22,982 nucleotides of DNA from positions 1-22,982 of the forward strand of contig VJWM01000393.1 of the NCBI GenBank assembly GCA_010909165.1. Reading direction: 5' to 3'. Of the stretch, positions 1-10,412 are shown one piece after another. This DNA comes from Anthoceros angustus. Taxonomy: Eukaryota; Plantae; Anthocerotophyta. Under the pieces are notes generated by a model that saw only the letters and a program-made list of their open reading frames with translations, was not told the DNA's origin and did no database searches. Position 1 is the first letter of the stretch. The number at the start of each line of letters is the position of its first letter. Both the position numbers and the translations under genes were made by a program.

Positions 1-545
1 CTCACAAACTCTTGTGCGCCTTCAAAATTTTCATGTGTTCTCAGTAGAGCCAATACAAGATCTGACAATCTCGGTCCAAAGACCACACGGACCCCAAAAG
101 CTCTGCTCGGTCACTTCTCCCCACTCCTCGATGGTCCGCTCTGAGCTCCCATACCTGCCTCCTAATCCACTCCAAGGCAGCGATCTGCTGGAGTCATCCC
201 AGCGATCCGATCGTCCCTCTCAAGATGTAGCGGCATCATACGAGATGGGCGACTCCGGACACCAAGCGGAGCTGGGAATTCGTCCCCTTGGATCTTGGGA
301 GCAGGCTCAAGTAGCCCGCCTGACCGTGTTCAAATGTTGTGCACGACTAGAGTTTGGCTAACTATGGTTAGTTGCCCCTAGGTTAGTCACTCGCTCTAAC
401 TAACCTCTTGTTCTAGCTAGCCCTCGTGCTCTCGGCTACCATGTATGCCACGGCCTTGGCGAGATCACTTGGCTCGGTCACGGTGTCTACCATAGCACGG
501 CAATTGACTATGTCCTTCACGGTGGAGCTTGCTCAATCCCCGTGA
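1..545 (+). mobile_element. 3' part of an LTR-like sequence ending ...CCCCGTGA at the start of repeat copy 1
   Basis: 503-545 (attgactatgtccttcacggtggagcttgctcaatccccgtga) matches the reverse complement of 13888-13932 apart from two 1-nt indels. That second copy ends in a canonical LTR-type terminus (TGTCACGG on + at 13886). The rest of 1-500 is not recognisably coding, so its inclusion is inferred. Confidence 0.45.
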
Positions 546-1000
546 TCCTCCCTTCATCCATCTAAAAACTTCCCTACGTAACCTTTTGCCCTTGGTCCCC
601 AAATTGTCTCGTGTTTTGCCAAAACTTAGCTGACCAAACTTTTCCGTTCCACAAACTTTTAAAAGCTTGTTTGAAAAGTTTGACAAAGTGCTTCTTTGTC
701 CTCTTGATAAACCGTAGAATCAAGTTATATCTTTTACGATTATGATGACCTTAAACAATTCCAATCACTTGGAGATACAAGTCACAAGAACTTGTTCGCA
801 ACTAATTTAAAGAGAAGGCCAAAATTGCTCAAAATCATCTCACAAGATCTCTTCTATCTCGTATATGCGTTAGGTCATCGTAAAAGATGCAGACTTTGGT
901 CAAGAGGATCATTGAAACAAATTTTTGCAATTGCAAGTAGACTTTAAATTGATTCCTTTCACGACGAGAAATCGTCCTACAATTAAAAAGTAACTATATA

Positions 1001-3010
1001 TTGGGAAGTCCTTCAAAATGTCGCTATATTTTCAAACTAGATCCCTTGTGGAGCAACAAAATTAGTGCCATACTTCCAAAACATCTTGGAATTGAGTGTG
1101 GCGACTTCCTTGTTGACGAAGACATTCTTAGTACAAAAGACAATTATGAGGGAATTTTTCTAAGTGATGAAGAAGAAGAAGAAGATTATGTAGAAGAAGA
1201 AGAAGAAGAAGATTATGTAGAAGAAGAAGAAGAAGAAGATTATGTAGAAGAAGAAGAAGAAGATTATGTAGAAGAAGAAGAAGAAGAAGAAGAAGAAGAA
1301 GAAGATTATGTAGAAGAAGAAGAAGAAGATTATGTAGAAGAAGAAGAAGATTATGTAGAAAATGAGGAAGAGGAAGAGGAAAATGAGTATGAGCATAATA
1401 GTTCAACGACAAAGAAAGCAAATATGAGCAAGACATTCATCTTGATGTGGAAGACATGAAAAATCGTCCAAGGTCCAAGGTATGAAGAAATTGAATGTAG
1501 CAACTCCTTCACTAATGACGAAGATATTCTTGGTGAGGATGAAGATGATGATGAGGGAATATTTCTAAGCAAGAGGAAGAAGATTATGCAAAAATATTTT
1601 GCTGAAGAGGGAATAACTATAAGGAAAATGATGAAGAAAAAGAATATAAAGAAGATGAAGAAGAAAAACTACAAGGAAAATGAAGAAGAAATCGATTATA
1701 ACGACAAGCATATTTTTAGTGAAGAACACACGAATATGAGCAATACATTTTACTCAAGACGAATATGAGGAGGACATTTCTACTCAAGAGGTAAACCAAT
1801 ATGCCGAGGACATTTCTCATCTTCTCTAGGTACATTTTTATGAAGAAAAAATGAATGAGAACGAAGAATTTCTCTTAGAAGAAGTAAACCAATATGAGGA
1901 GAACTTAGATATTTTTATAGAGCAAGAAAATGAATATGAGAAAGATATTTTTATTGAAGAGGAAAACAAATATGAAGAAGACGTCCTTAAGACATTCACT
2001 CAAGACATTCTTACTCCACAAGAAGATGAATATGAGGAACTATGGAATGCCATTTGCAACACGCCATATCTTTTTCACGTGACGGGCGTGGTAGTGTGCT
2101 TCTCCATGCGGTCAAGCAAGGTCAATTAGGGCTCATCTCATCATGTACCTCGTCCGTGGTGATCAAGTCTCTGAAACTAAGTGTGACAACATGAAGTGCA
2201 CTCTTCATTTTGCTCGCTTTCAAATGTATGGCACATTGGTGAGGACTTTGATAAATTTATCAAGTCTGCGCTCAAGCCTTTCACGGTCACATACATGGTG
2301 TGGGGCTTCCTAGCTCTTGGACTTCACGCTTTCTTTCCACAACATGTGTCCATTGCTCTCCAAGGCGAGCGAGGCATCCTTAGGGACAATGATAGGTGAT
2401 CATGGTGACACCTCGATTGGTCCAGTGATCCCGTGGCACACCGTTTTCATACGTGAATCGAGCCACCAAAGCGTGCTCACATCCTCTAAAACCTACTTAG
2501 TCATGATATTGCAGAGCCATAGATTTTAGATTCGAGCTTAGTTGCTTGCTTACGGACCCTTGAGGTCCCTAGCTAGTGTTAGCCTTTGAAAGGTAGATGG
2601 GCTTACCCCATCTCTTCTCCTTTAATAAAAGCCCTTTTATTTTCTTCTCCATGCGGCATGTATTATTTGTTACTTGCAAATATATTTTACTATATATATC
2701 AAATTTTATATTTTTGTATTAACTATTTAAGTTATAAAAATATAAAATACAAAGTATCGATACTCACCTATAGGTGTGGGCCTTGGCGTGTCGACAATTA
2801 GGTGCTATGTACCAAGGGGAAGCTTCATACATGATGCCCATGTCTCATGGCCGGGAAGGATGTGGTGGACATGTGGTGATTGTAGGATATGGTCGGCAGG
2901 AAAGGGTAAAGGCCCTAGATCATCATGCAGCTAGCGTGAGGCATCACTCCAATAGGACGTACATTCGTCTGACCTCTTTAGATCAAGCGTTTGCCCGGCG
3001 GTGCGGTTAG
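1001..3010 (+). pseudogene. Frameshifted gene: unknown N-terminal part + Glu/Asp/Tyr repeat region + papain-like (peptidase C1A) domain, probably catalytically dead; copy 1
   Basis: Acidic frames 1001-2055 (DYVEEEE.., EYEKDIFIEEE.., EYEELWNAICNTP). Then the papain N-terminal motif AVK-QGQLGLISSCTSSVVIKS (2108-2170; papain consensus [22 protein letters not shown]). C-terminal motifs: MYQGEASY..P, GGHVVIVGYG (2864-2893), (W>TAG)IIM.S(W>TAG) at 2916/2932, and NRTYIRL. Putative AT-rich GT..AG intron at 2593-2773. The true start is uncertain and coding may extend upstream to ~620. Confidence 0.6.
1166..1360 (+). repeat. Coding minisatellite GATTATGTA(GAA)n = DYV(E)n, copy 1
   Basis: Seven DYV units. 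The GAA runs preceding them are 5,6,6,5,11,5,4. Confidence 0.95.
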
Positions 3011-3866
3011 CTTCATGTATAAATTTGCAAATTTAAAGGAGCTTGGGCGAGGATCGCTTTGTTGGCAACTTTTGGTGCTAGATATGAGTGCGAAATGAGG
3101 GACTTGCGATGCAAGCTCATGCCATCCGAGGTTTCCATTCGTGAGCTCCACTCATATAGAGCAAGCACCTCCGCTTGTTGCTGGGCATAGCCGGCTATGC
3201 CATATCACCACACTCTTTGTGTTCATGTGCAAAAACGTGGCGTGCCTCAAAGTTTGAGTTCACCACATTTTGCATACTACCCATACCCGAATCAGCCCGT
3301 CCATGTCATCATATCATTTGTGCCATGCTATGAGAAACCTAACCCTGCATCTGGAAATGTAAGAACCTAATTTGACGTGCATTTTTAGTTGTCCATATTT
3401 TACCGCCACTCCGACTATGTTCCTACCTTGCACTCAAACTTTGTTCACTTTGTTGAGGCACTTTAGTTTTCATGCGTCGAAAAGGAAATAAAATAGTATT
3501 ATATTATTTTTATTTCTACAATTATTCAGCTATGGAATTCGAGCGTGAATCAATGTATGTAAAATTTAAAGTAAAAAAAAGGTAAAGATACATTCGTGAA
3601 AATGGACAAAAATAGAGAGAACGTGGAGACTTTATAAATATGCAAGAGATAGGAAGTCCCCATCTACACCGGGTGATGGAACAACTCTCTCTGACCTCGG
3701 CCAAAGGGACTAGCCCCCGTTGTCAACCTCGATTTAAGGGGACAAATAAGCAATGAAAGATACAACAAGATATAATTTCTTTCGATTACATTGTCCGTGG
3801 ACTAAAAAGATTTCTTTTCAAGAATCGCTATTTGATTTATCTATGTTGTAAGAATCGGTTTTGTAT

Positions 3867-5078
3867 CTAAATTCTAGTATACTTATTTAGACTTTTGTCA
3901 AGTAGATCATTTCTAGATGATGAACAAACATGAAAAATTTTGAACACCCCAAAATGGAAGTTGGTCCTTCTAGGCTTCATGTCCTCATGGGGTTGACAAT
4001 TTCATCTTGAAACACAATTCTCCATCCATTGTAAATTATCTATTGCGAGATAAGGTAATGTACACAACTCCTATCATCTTTTCCGTCTTTTCGATTTCTT
4101 AACTGTACAAAAATGTAAATATAAAGTCGCCAATTCCAAACACTTCCATTGACTAGGGGTGGAACAAAGCGAAATAGGCTTTGTATTGCAAAGTCCTCGT
4201 GATTAAACTTTCCCACTTGAGCGCTTGTTGGTTACGCTTGTAGATGGCGATAGAAAACTTCTTACCCCTTCTTTTACCATCCATACCATAAAAGTGTCCA
4301 TTGTGGGCAACAAATCCAATTTCCGTACTTCACCATATGGATGTAAATTTAAAGGCTCAAGAGGGTTTCCACTCATAAAGGTTTGGACTTGTAATTATCT
4401 CATTATCAAATGACACCAGCTCAAATAATACATCATAATTGTCGTCTACAACATGTGCAATCAAAGTAATATTAACTCCGAATCTAGCACAGCACTTACG
4501 ATTACATGAACATGTCACCTATGTTTCTTTTTGGTTGAATTCTTGAACCGTCCATTGACCTATGGCTAAAGAATATACATATAAATGAAACATGTCACGT
4601 GAATCATCGTCCAGCTCATGCGCTAGAAATAATAAAAATGATCACTTTCCTCCTCATCAACAACTAGCACTAGCTTCTCGAGTGGTGGAAAGCGGGTCCC
4701 AAATATCCGAATCTAAATCTAAATGCGAATATGAATTTCATCCATATATAAGGTGTCGACATACTAGTTCAACTTTGAAATCGTATCCCATATCACTTCT
4801 CGCCTAACCTTTGAAAAGATATTGATAATACAAATCCGCATCACCCAACTATTTGGATCCTTCGATGATTTTGTTTCCTTCATAATGTATTTACGACCGA
4901 CCGACCCCTAGCTGCAAATATCCATCATTGTTGTCCATTAACTAGTTTAGGTACTCGGTGGAAATAAATGAAAGTAAAATCTTGCTTGGTAGGCCTCGTT
5001 GCATTCGGCACACAAATTAGCAATACTTTCATCATTCGCGGTACACTTGAAGATAACCTTGAGTTATTCATGGAGTGA
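3867..5078 (-). pseudogene. Frameshifted F-box-type gene (degenerate F-box motif + C-terminal F-box-associated/kelch-like domain), copy 1
   Basis: Minus-strand fragments in order: SLHE*LKVIFKCTANDESIANLCAECNE (F-box-like, ~5078-4990), DLDSDIWDP, LVLVVDEEESDH, YVYSLAIGQWTV (4581-4546), GFVAHNGHFYG (4317-4285), FSIAIYKRNQQALKWESL (~4258-4204), GIGDFIFTF, FHFGVFKIF, then a stop at 3867. The order and character match plant F-box/kelch-like proteins, judged by eye. Confidence 0.5.
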
Positions 5079-5081
5079 GCG

Positions 5082-5531
5082 TGCAACGCAAAGTTTGGGT
5101 CCCTTTGTCATTTTGATCCGATTCGGTTCATTTTGGTTCAATCTTTATTCAAAGTGATCGTGAGTAATGAGTGTTTCTTCTTGAGCCATCCAGAAAGTTA
5201 GGGACAAGGGTAGGAATTTGGAAGTTTCTCAAGCCTAGATAGATGAGCGGGTAGGGTAGAATCTTGCCCCATAGACTATATGTGCAAAGGGAATTAGTGA
5301 TTGATTTGGAACCCCTAGTTTAAGTAGCGATAAAATAGGAATGTATGTTTAAGGGCGGTGCTTAAAGTGAAGTTCTGGGCACATAGTTGGAAGGAGCTAG
5401 GAGTGCAAGGAGTGTGTCTGGGAAGTAGCAGCTAATTGTAAGGCATGCAAGTTGGAAGAGGCGTTGTCGTGGGTGTCGAGGCAAGAGCTCAACTTTTGGA
5501 GCTAAGGTGTGGAGAAGCCAAGATAGAGTCT
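5082..5531 (-). mobile_element. LTR-like segment (terminus TGCAACGC on + at 5082)
   Basis: The minus strand ends ...ttgaataaag...tttgcgttgCA, i.e. an AATAAA followed by a TG/CA-type terminus. Non-coding and compositionally distinct from the F-box sequence it abuts. No partner LTR or TSD seen in the window. Confidence 0.4.
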
Positions 5532-6160
5532 TGTCACGGAAGTTGGGATTTTGGGAGAAATTTGTGCCTTGTGAGCTAAGCGTGAGGCCATGAACTGGAG
5601 CTTGTGATTAGTGGAACTTAGGAGGTGATGACCTTGCAATGTGAGAAGTGGAGTCTTGGTTGTGGGCTACGAAGGGTGTGAATTGTGAAGAAGGCAAGCC
5701 TTTGCCTTTTTGCTCGCTGTGGTGGAATTGACATGATTACGAGGTGTGGTGCTGCAAATGCTAGGAGGGGCCTAGGTCTTGTTTGGCAAGCACGGTTATG
5801 AGCTGAGCTTTGGGGATCAGCTGCAACATGGTGAAGGAATCGCGATGGGGATTCACTTGAGGAAGGCGAAATTTGTATTTGGGCTGCAAGCAAATGTGAA
5901 AGGGGCCATCGTGGTGGCCTCAGATTGGGCGAGGTCAATCAAGGAGATTTGGCGGAGTTCACTAAGGAGAAATGTTGCTAAGGAGGTTGGTGAGGAGCTC
6001 GCTAGGAGGCAGTACCATATATTCAAGGTGTGTGATGTGCTCGAGGGAGGTGTGTTGGACATGAGCATGTAAGAACTCCGAATTCAGATCCTTGGGGTAG
6101 GATGTTGTTCCCTACCCATGTTGAAGAGCATAGGGGCCATGCTCGGCTTGGAGGAACGTT
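5532..6160 (-). mobile_element. Retrotransposon-derived/LTR-like segment (terminus TGTCACGG on + at 5532)
   Basis: Same TGTCACGG terminus as 13886, and it lies directly downstream of the gypsy integrase fragment on the minus strand. Internal boundary uncertain. Confidence 0.3.
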
Positions 6161-6163
6161 CTC

Positions 6164-6500
6164 TTAGGGAGATGTGCCCTTAGGGAGATGTGGTCTCCCT
6201 ATCCTTTGACACGCATCACAGCTCCGATAAATTTCCATGTCCCTTTGCATAGTGGACCACCAAAAGCCTGCAGTCAAAATCTTCTTCATCACTTGTGCGA
6301 ATAATGTCCCCCTCCTTAGTATGTAGAGGGCCTCGCCACGCAATTTGTTCGCCTCCAAACACCTTGAACTACTTTGTCTAGTCCTAGCTTATAGAGGATT
6401 CCTTTCCTCGACAATATGGTGCGCCTTATGCACGAATCACTTTTCCTTCTCGTGATAATCCGGTTGGTATCCGTCCCTAGTTGCGCCCCATCTCGATGTG
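6164..6500 (-). mobile_element. pol: Ty3/gypsy pol fragment: RNaseH-integrase linker and integrase zinc-binding (HHCC) domain, degenerate
   Basis: GILYKLGLDKVVQ, LH...GHYS (across frameshifts) and KKILTAGFWWSTMQRDMEIYRSCDACQRIGRP, typical of non-chromoviral (Athila/Tat-like) gypsy integrases. The integrase core does not follow. Confidence 0.85.
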
Positions 6501-7463
6501 CGCCACGTGTCCTCCTCGATGATCCCGATCATCAAATCTCATCTTCTATATCGATAACGACATGTATATATAGCCCTCCTGCGTGACATTCGAGAAATTG
6601 AACCCCCTCCCGCCCGAATTCCAAGGAAGTTATCCTCCTTGGCTCATGAAATGCATGGCTCTATCTCATATCCTTTTTCTACCATGGTCTCGACAAGGAA
6701 CTTTACGAAACCCCAAAGGCCAAGGACTTCCTACCCGCTTGGATATTTATAGTCAAGTCCAAGGAACTTTGTTTCGGATGTCATAATAGACCCCTAATTC
6801 CCCTATATATGTATCAAATGGGTTTTCTAACATATCCTACTCTCTCCTTTCCGTTAACGGCTAAGTCTAGGACATCCTGAGTTCTCTCAATTAACCAAGT
6901 CCCGACCCCTACGGACGTCCTGAGCGACTTACCTACTATCTACCTTCTGCGTCTCAAACTCGATTACGCTGGCGCCTACAAATCCCCTACTTCCTACGAA
7001 TTGTAGTCATCCTCCCTTCATCCATCGCAAAAACTTCCCTACGTAACCTTCGCCTTGGTCCCCAAATTGTCTCGTGTTTTGCCAAAAACTTAGTGACCAA
7101 ACTTTTCCGTTCCACAAACTTTTAAAAGCTTGTTTGAAAAGTTTGACAAAGTGCTTCTTTGTCCTCTTGGTAAACCGTAGAATCAAGTTATATCTTTTAC
7201 GCTTATGATGACCTTAAACAATTCCAATCACTTGAGATACAAGTCACAAGAACTTGTTCGCTAATTTAAAGAGAAGGCCAAAATTGCTCAAAATCATCTC
7301 ACAAGATCTCTTCTATCTATTATGATATGCTTAGGTCATGTAAAAGATGCAGACTTTGGTCAAGAGGATCATTGAAACAAATTTTTGCAATTGCAAGTAG
7401 ACTTTAAATTGATTCCTTTCACGAAGAAATCGTCCTACAATTAAAAAGTAACTGCACTATATA

Positions 7464-9531
7464 TTGGGAAGTCCTTCAAAATGTCGCTATATTTTCAAAC
7501 TAGATCCCTTGTGGAGCAACAAAATTAGTGCCATACTTCCAAAACATCTTGGAATTGAGTGTGGCGACTTCCTTGTTGACCGAAGACATTCTTAGTACAA
7601 AAGACAATTATGAGGGAATTTTTCTAAGTGATGAAGAAGAAGAAGATTATGTAGAAGAAGAAGAAGATTATGTAGAAGAAGAAGAAGAAGAGTAGAAGAA
7701 GAAGAAGAAGAAGATTATGTAGAAGAAGAAGAAGAAGAAGAAGAAGAAGAAGAAGAAGAAGAAGAAGAAGATTATGTAGAAGAAGAAGAAGAAGAAGATT
7801 ATGTAGAAGAAGAAGAAGAAGAAGAAGAAGAAGAAGAAGATTATGTAGAAGAAGAAGAAGAAGAAGATTATGTAGAAAGAGGAAGAGGAAGAGGAAAATG
7901 AGTATGAGCATAATAGTTCAATGACAAAGAAAGCAAATATGAGCAAGACATTCATCTTGATGTGGAAGACATGAAAAAATCGTCAGGTCCAAGGTATGAA
8001 GAAATTGAATGTAGCAACTCCTTCACTAATGACGAAGATATTCTTGGTGAGGATGAAGATGATGATGAGGGAATATTTCTAAGCAAGAGGAAGAAGATTA
8101 TGCAAAAATATTTTTGCTGAAGAGGGAATAACTATAAGGAAAATGATGAAGAAAAGAATATAAAGAAGATGAAGAAGGAAACTACTACAAGGAAAATGAA
8201 GAAGAAATCGATTATAACGACAAGCATATTTTTAGTGAAGAACACGAATATGAGCAATACATTTTACTCAAGACGAATATGAGGAGGACATTTCTACTCA
8301 AGAGGTAAACCAATATGCCGAGGACATTTCTACGCATCTTGATCTAGGTACATTTTTATGAAGAAAAAATGAATATGAGAACGAAGAATTTCTCTTAGAA
8401 GAAGTAAACCAATATGAGGAGAACTTAGATATTTTTATAGAGCAAGAAAATGAATATGAGAAAGATATTTTTATTGAAGAGGAAAACAAATATGAAGGCG
8501 TCCTTAAGACATTCACTCAAGACATTCTTACTCCACAAGAAGATGAATATGAGGAACTATGGAATGCCATTTGCAACACGCCATATCTTTTTCACGTGAG
8601 GCGTAGTGGTGCTTCTCCATGCGGTCAAGCAAGGTCAATTAGGGCTCATCTCATCATGTACCTCGTCCGTGGTGATCAAGTCTCGTGAAACTAAGTGTGA
8701 CAACATGAAGTGCACCACTCTTCATTTTGCTCGCTTTCAAATGTATGGCACATTGGTGAGGACTTTGATAAATTTATCAAGTCTGCGCTCAAGCCTTTCA
8801 CGGTCACATACATGGTGTGGGGCTTCCTAGCTCTTGGACTTCACTTTCTTTCCACAACATGTGTCCATTGCTCTCCAAGGCGCGAGGCATCCTTAGGACG
8901 ACAATGATAACGGTGATCATGGTGACACCTCGATTGGTCCAGTGATCCTGGCACACCGTTTTCATCGTGAATCGAGCCACCAAAGCGTGCTCACATCCTC
9001 TAAAACCTACTTAGTCATGATATTGCAGAGCCATAGATTTTAGATTCAGAGCTTAGTTGCTTCCACGGACCCTTGAGGTCCCTAGCTAGTGTTAGCCTTT
9101 GAAAGGTAGATGGGCTTACCCCATCTCTTCTCCTTTAATAAAAGCCCTTTTATTTTCTTCTCCATGCGGCATGTATTATTTGTGTTGCAAATATATTTAC
9201 TATATATATCAAATTTTATATTTTTGTATTTAACTATTTAAGTTATAAAAATATAAAATACAAAGTATCGATACTCACCTATAGGTGTGGGCCTTGTGTG
9301 GCGTGTATTGTCGACAATTAGGTGCTATGTACCAAGGGAAGAAGCTTCATACATGATGCCCATGTCTATGGCCGTGAAGGATGTGGTGGACATGTGGTGA
9401 TTGTAGGATATGGTCGTGAGGAAAGGGTAAAGGGGCCCTAGATCATCATGCGCTAGGCGGCAGGGCATCACTCCAATAGGGCATTCGTCGGCGGCCTCTT
9501 TAGATCAAGCGTTTGCCCGGTGGTGCGTTAG
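7464..9531 (+). pseudogene. Acidic-repeat + papain-like gene, copy 2
   Basis: Same motifs as copy 1. Before AVKQGQLG (8621) the sequence reads close to FS(W)RRSGA-LHAVK, resembling the FDWR..GAV.PVK start of mature papain. GGHVVIVGYGREE is present, and TAG replaces Trp at 9439 and 9454. Confidence 0.6.
7630..7877 (+). repeat. Coding minisatellite GATTATGTA(GAA)n, copy 2
   Basis: Seven intact DYV units plus one degenerate unit (ga-gta at ~7690). GAA runs reach 16 and 11. Confidence 0.95.
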
Positions 9532-10412
9532 CTTCATGTATAAATTTGCAAATTTAAAGGAGCTTGGGCGAGGATCGCTTTGTTGGCAACTTTTGGTGCT
9601 AGATATGAGTGCGAAATGAGGGACTTGCACGATGCAAGCTCATGCCATCCCGAGGTCGCTCCATTCGTGAGCTCCACTCATATAGAGCAAGCACCTCGGT
9701 GGCCGCCCTTGTTGCCTGGGCATAGCCGGCTATGCCATATCACCACACTCTTTGTGTTCATGCTCGCGTGGCGTGCCTCAAAGTTTGAGTTCACCACATT
9801 TTGCATACCCCTACCCATACCCGGAATCGACCGTCCATGTCATCATATCATTTGTGCCATGCTATGAGAAACCTAACTTTGCTGCATCGGCTGGAAATGA
9901 CGTAAGAACCTAATTTGACGTGCATTTTTAGTTGTCCATATTTTACCGCCACTCCGACTATGTTCCTACCTTCCGACTCAAACTTTGTTCACTTTGTTGA
10001 GGCACTTTAGTTTTCATGCGTCGAAAAGGAAATAAAATAGTATTATATTATTTTTATTTCTACAATTATTCAGCTATGGAATTCGAGCTGTGAATCAATG
10101 TATGTAAAATTTAAAGTAAAAAAAAGGTAAAGATACATTCGTGAAAAATGGACAAAAATAGAGAGAACGTGGAGACTTTATAAATATGCAAGAGATAGGA
10201 AGTCCCCATCTACACCGGGTGATGGAACAACTCTCTGACCTCGGCCAAAGGGGACTAGCCCCGTTGTCAACCTCGATTTAAGGGGACAAATAAGCAATGA
10301 AAGATACAACAAGATATAATTTCTTTCGGGATTACATTGTCCGTGGACTAAAAAGATTTCTTTTCAAGAATCGCTATTTGATTTATCTATGTTGTAAGAA
10401 TCGGTTTTGTAT

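Larger units (their letters stand above)
545..4875 (+). repeat. Copy 1 of a ~4.3-kb direct segmental duplication
   Basis: Colinear with 7009-11403 from atcctcccttcatccatc to ttcgatgattttgtt; start offset 6464. Contains long identical blocks, e.g. 3784-4039 = 10330-10585 (256 nt). Differences are mainly 1-4 nt indels. Confidence 0.97.

Noticed and set aside
14-361. 115-aa plus-strand ORF
   Set aside because: Starts at a GTG, has no recognisable motif, and lies in LTR-like sequence.
1166-1360. Regularly spaced GATTATGTA units resembling a CRISPR array
   Set aside because: The 'spacers' are just GAA runs, the repeat is only 9 nt, there are no cas genes, and the context is eukaryotic.
1128-1572. 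Minus-strand poly-Leu/poly-Phe/poly-Ser ORFs (also 7624-7955)
   Set aside because: Simply the reverse-complement readings of the (GAA)n array.
2055-2066. TGCAACACGCC resembling an LTR start
   Set aside because: It falls at the in-frame junction (NAICNTP) leading into the papain motifs, and no partner terminus or TSD was found.
2704-2747. AT-rich hairpin (ttttatattttt...aaaaatataaaa) in the putative intron
   Set aside because: Easily arises by chance in >85% AT sequence. No TSD, so not called a MITE.
2600-2770. Perfect-looking minus-strand splice donors (reverse complements of cttacc at ~2603 and tactcacct at 2761)
   Set aside because: No suitable minus-strand acceptor or coding frame, while the papain motifs flanking this region are on the plus strand.
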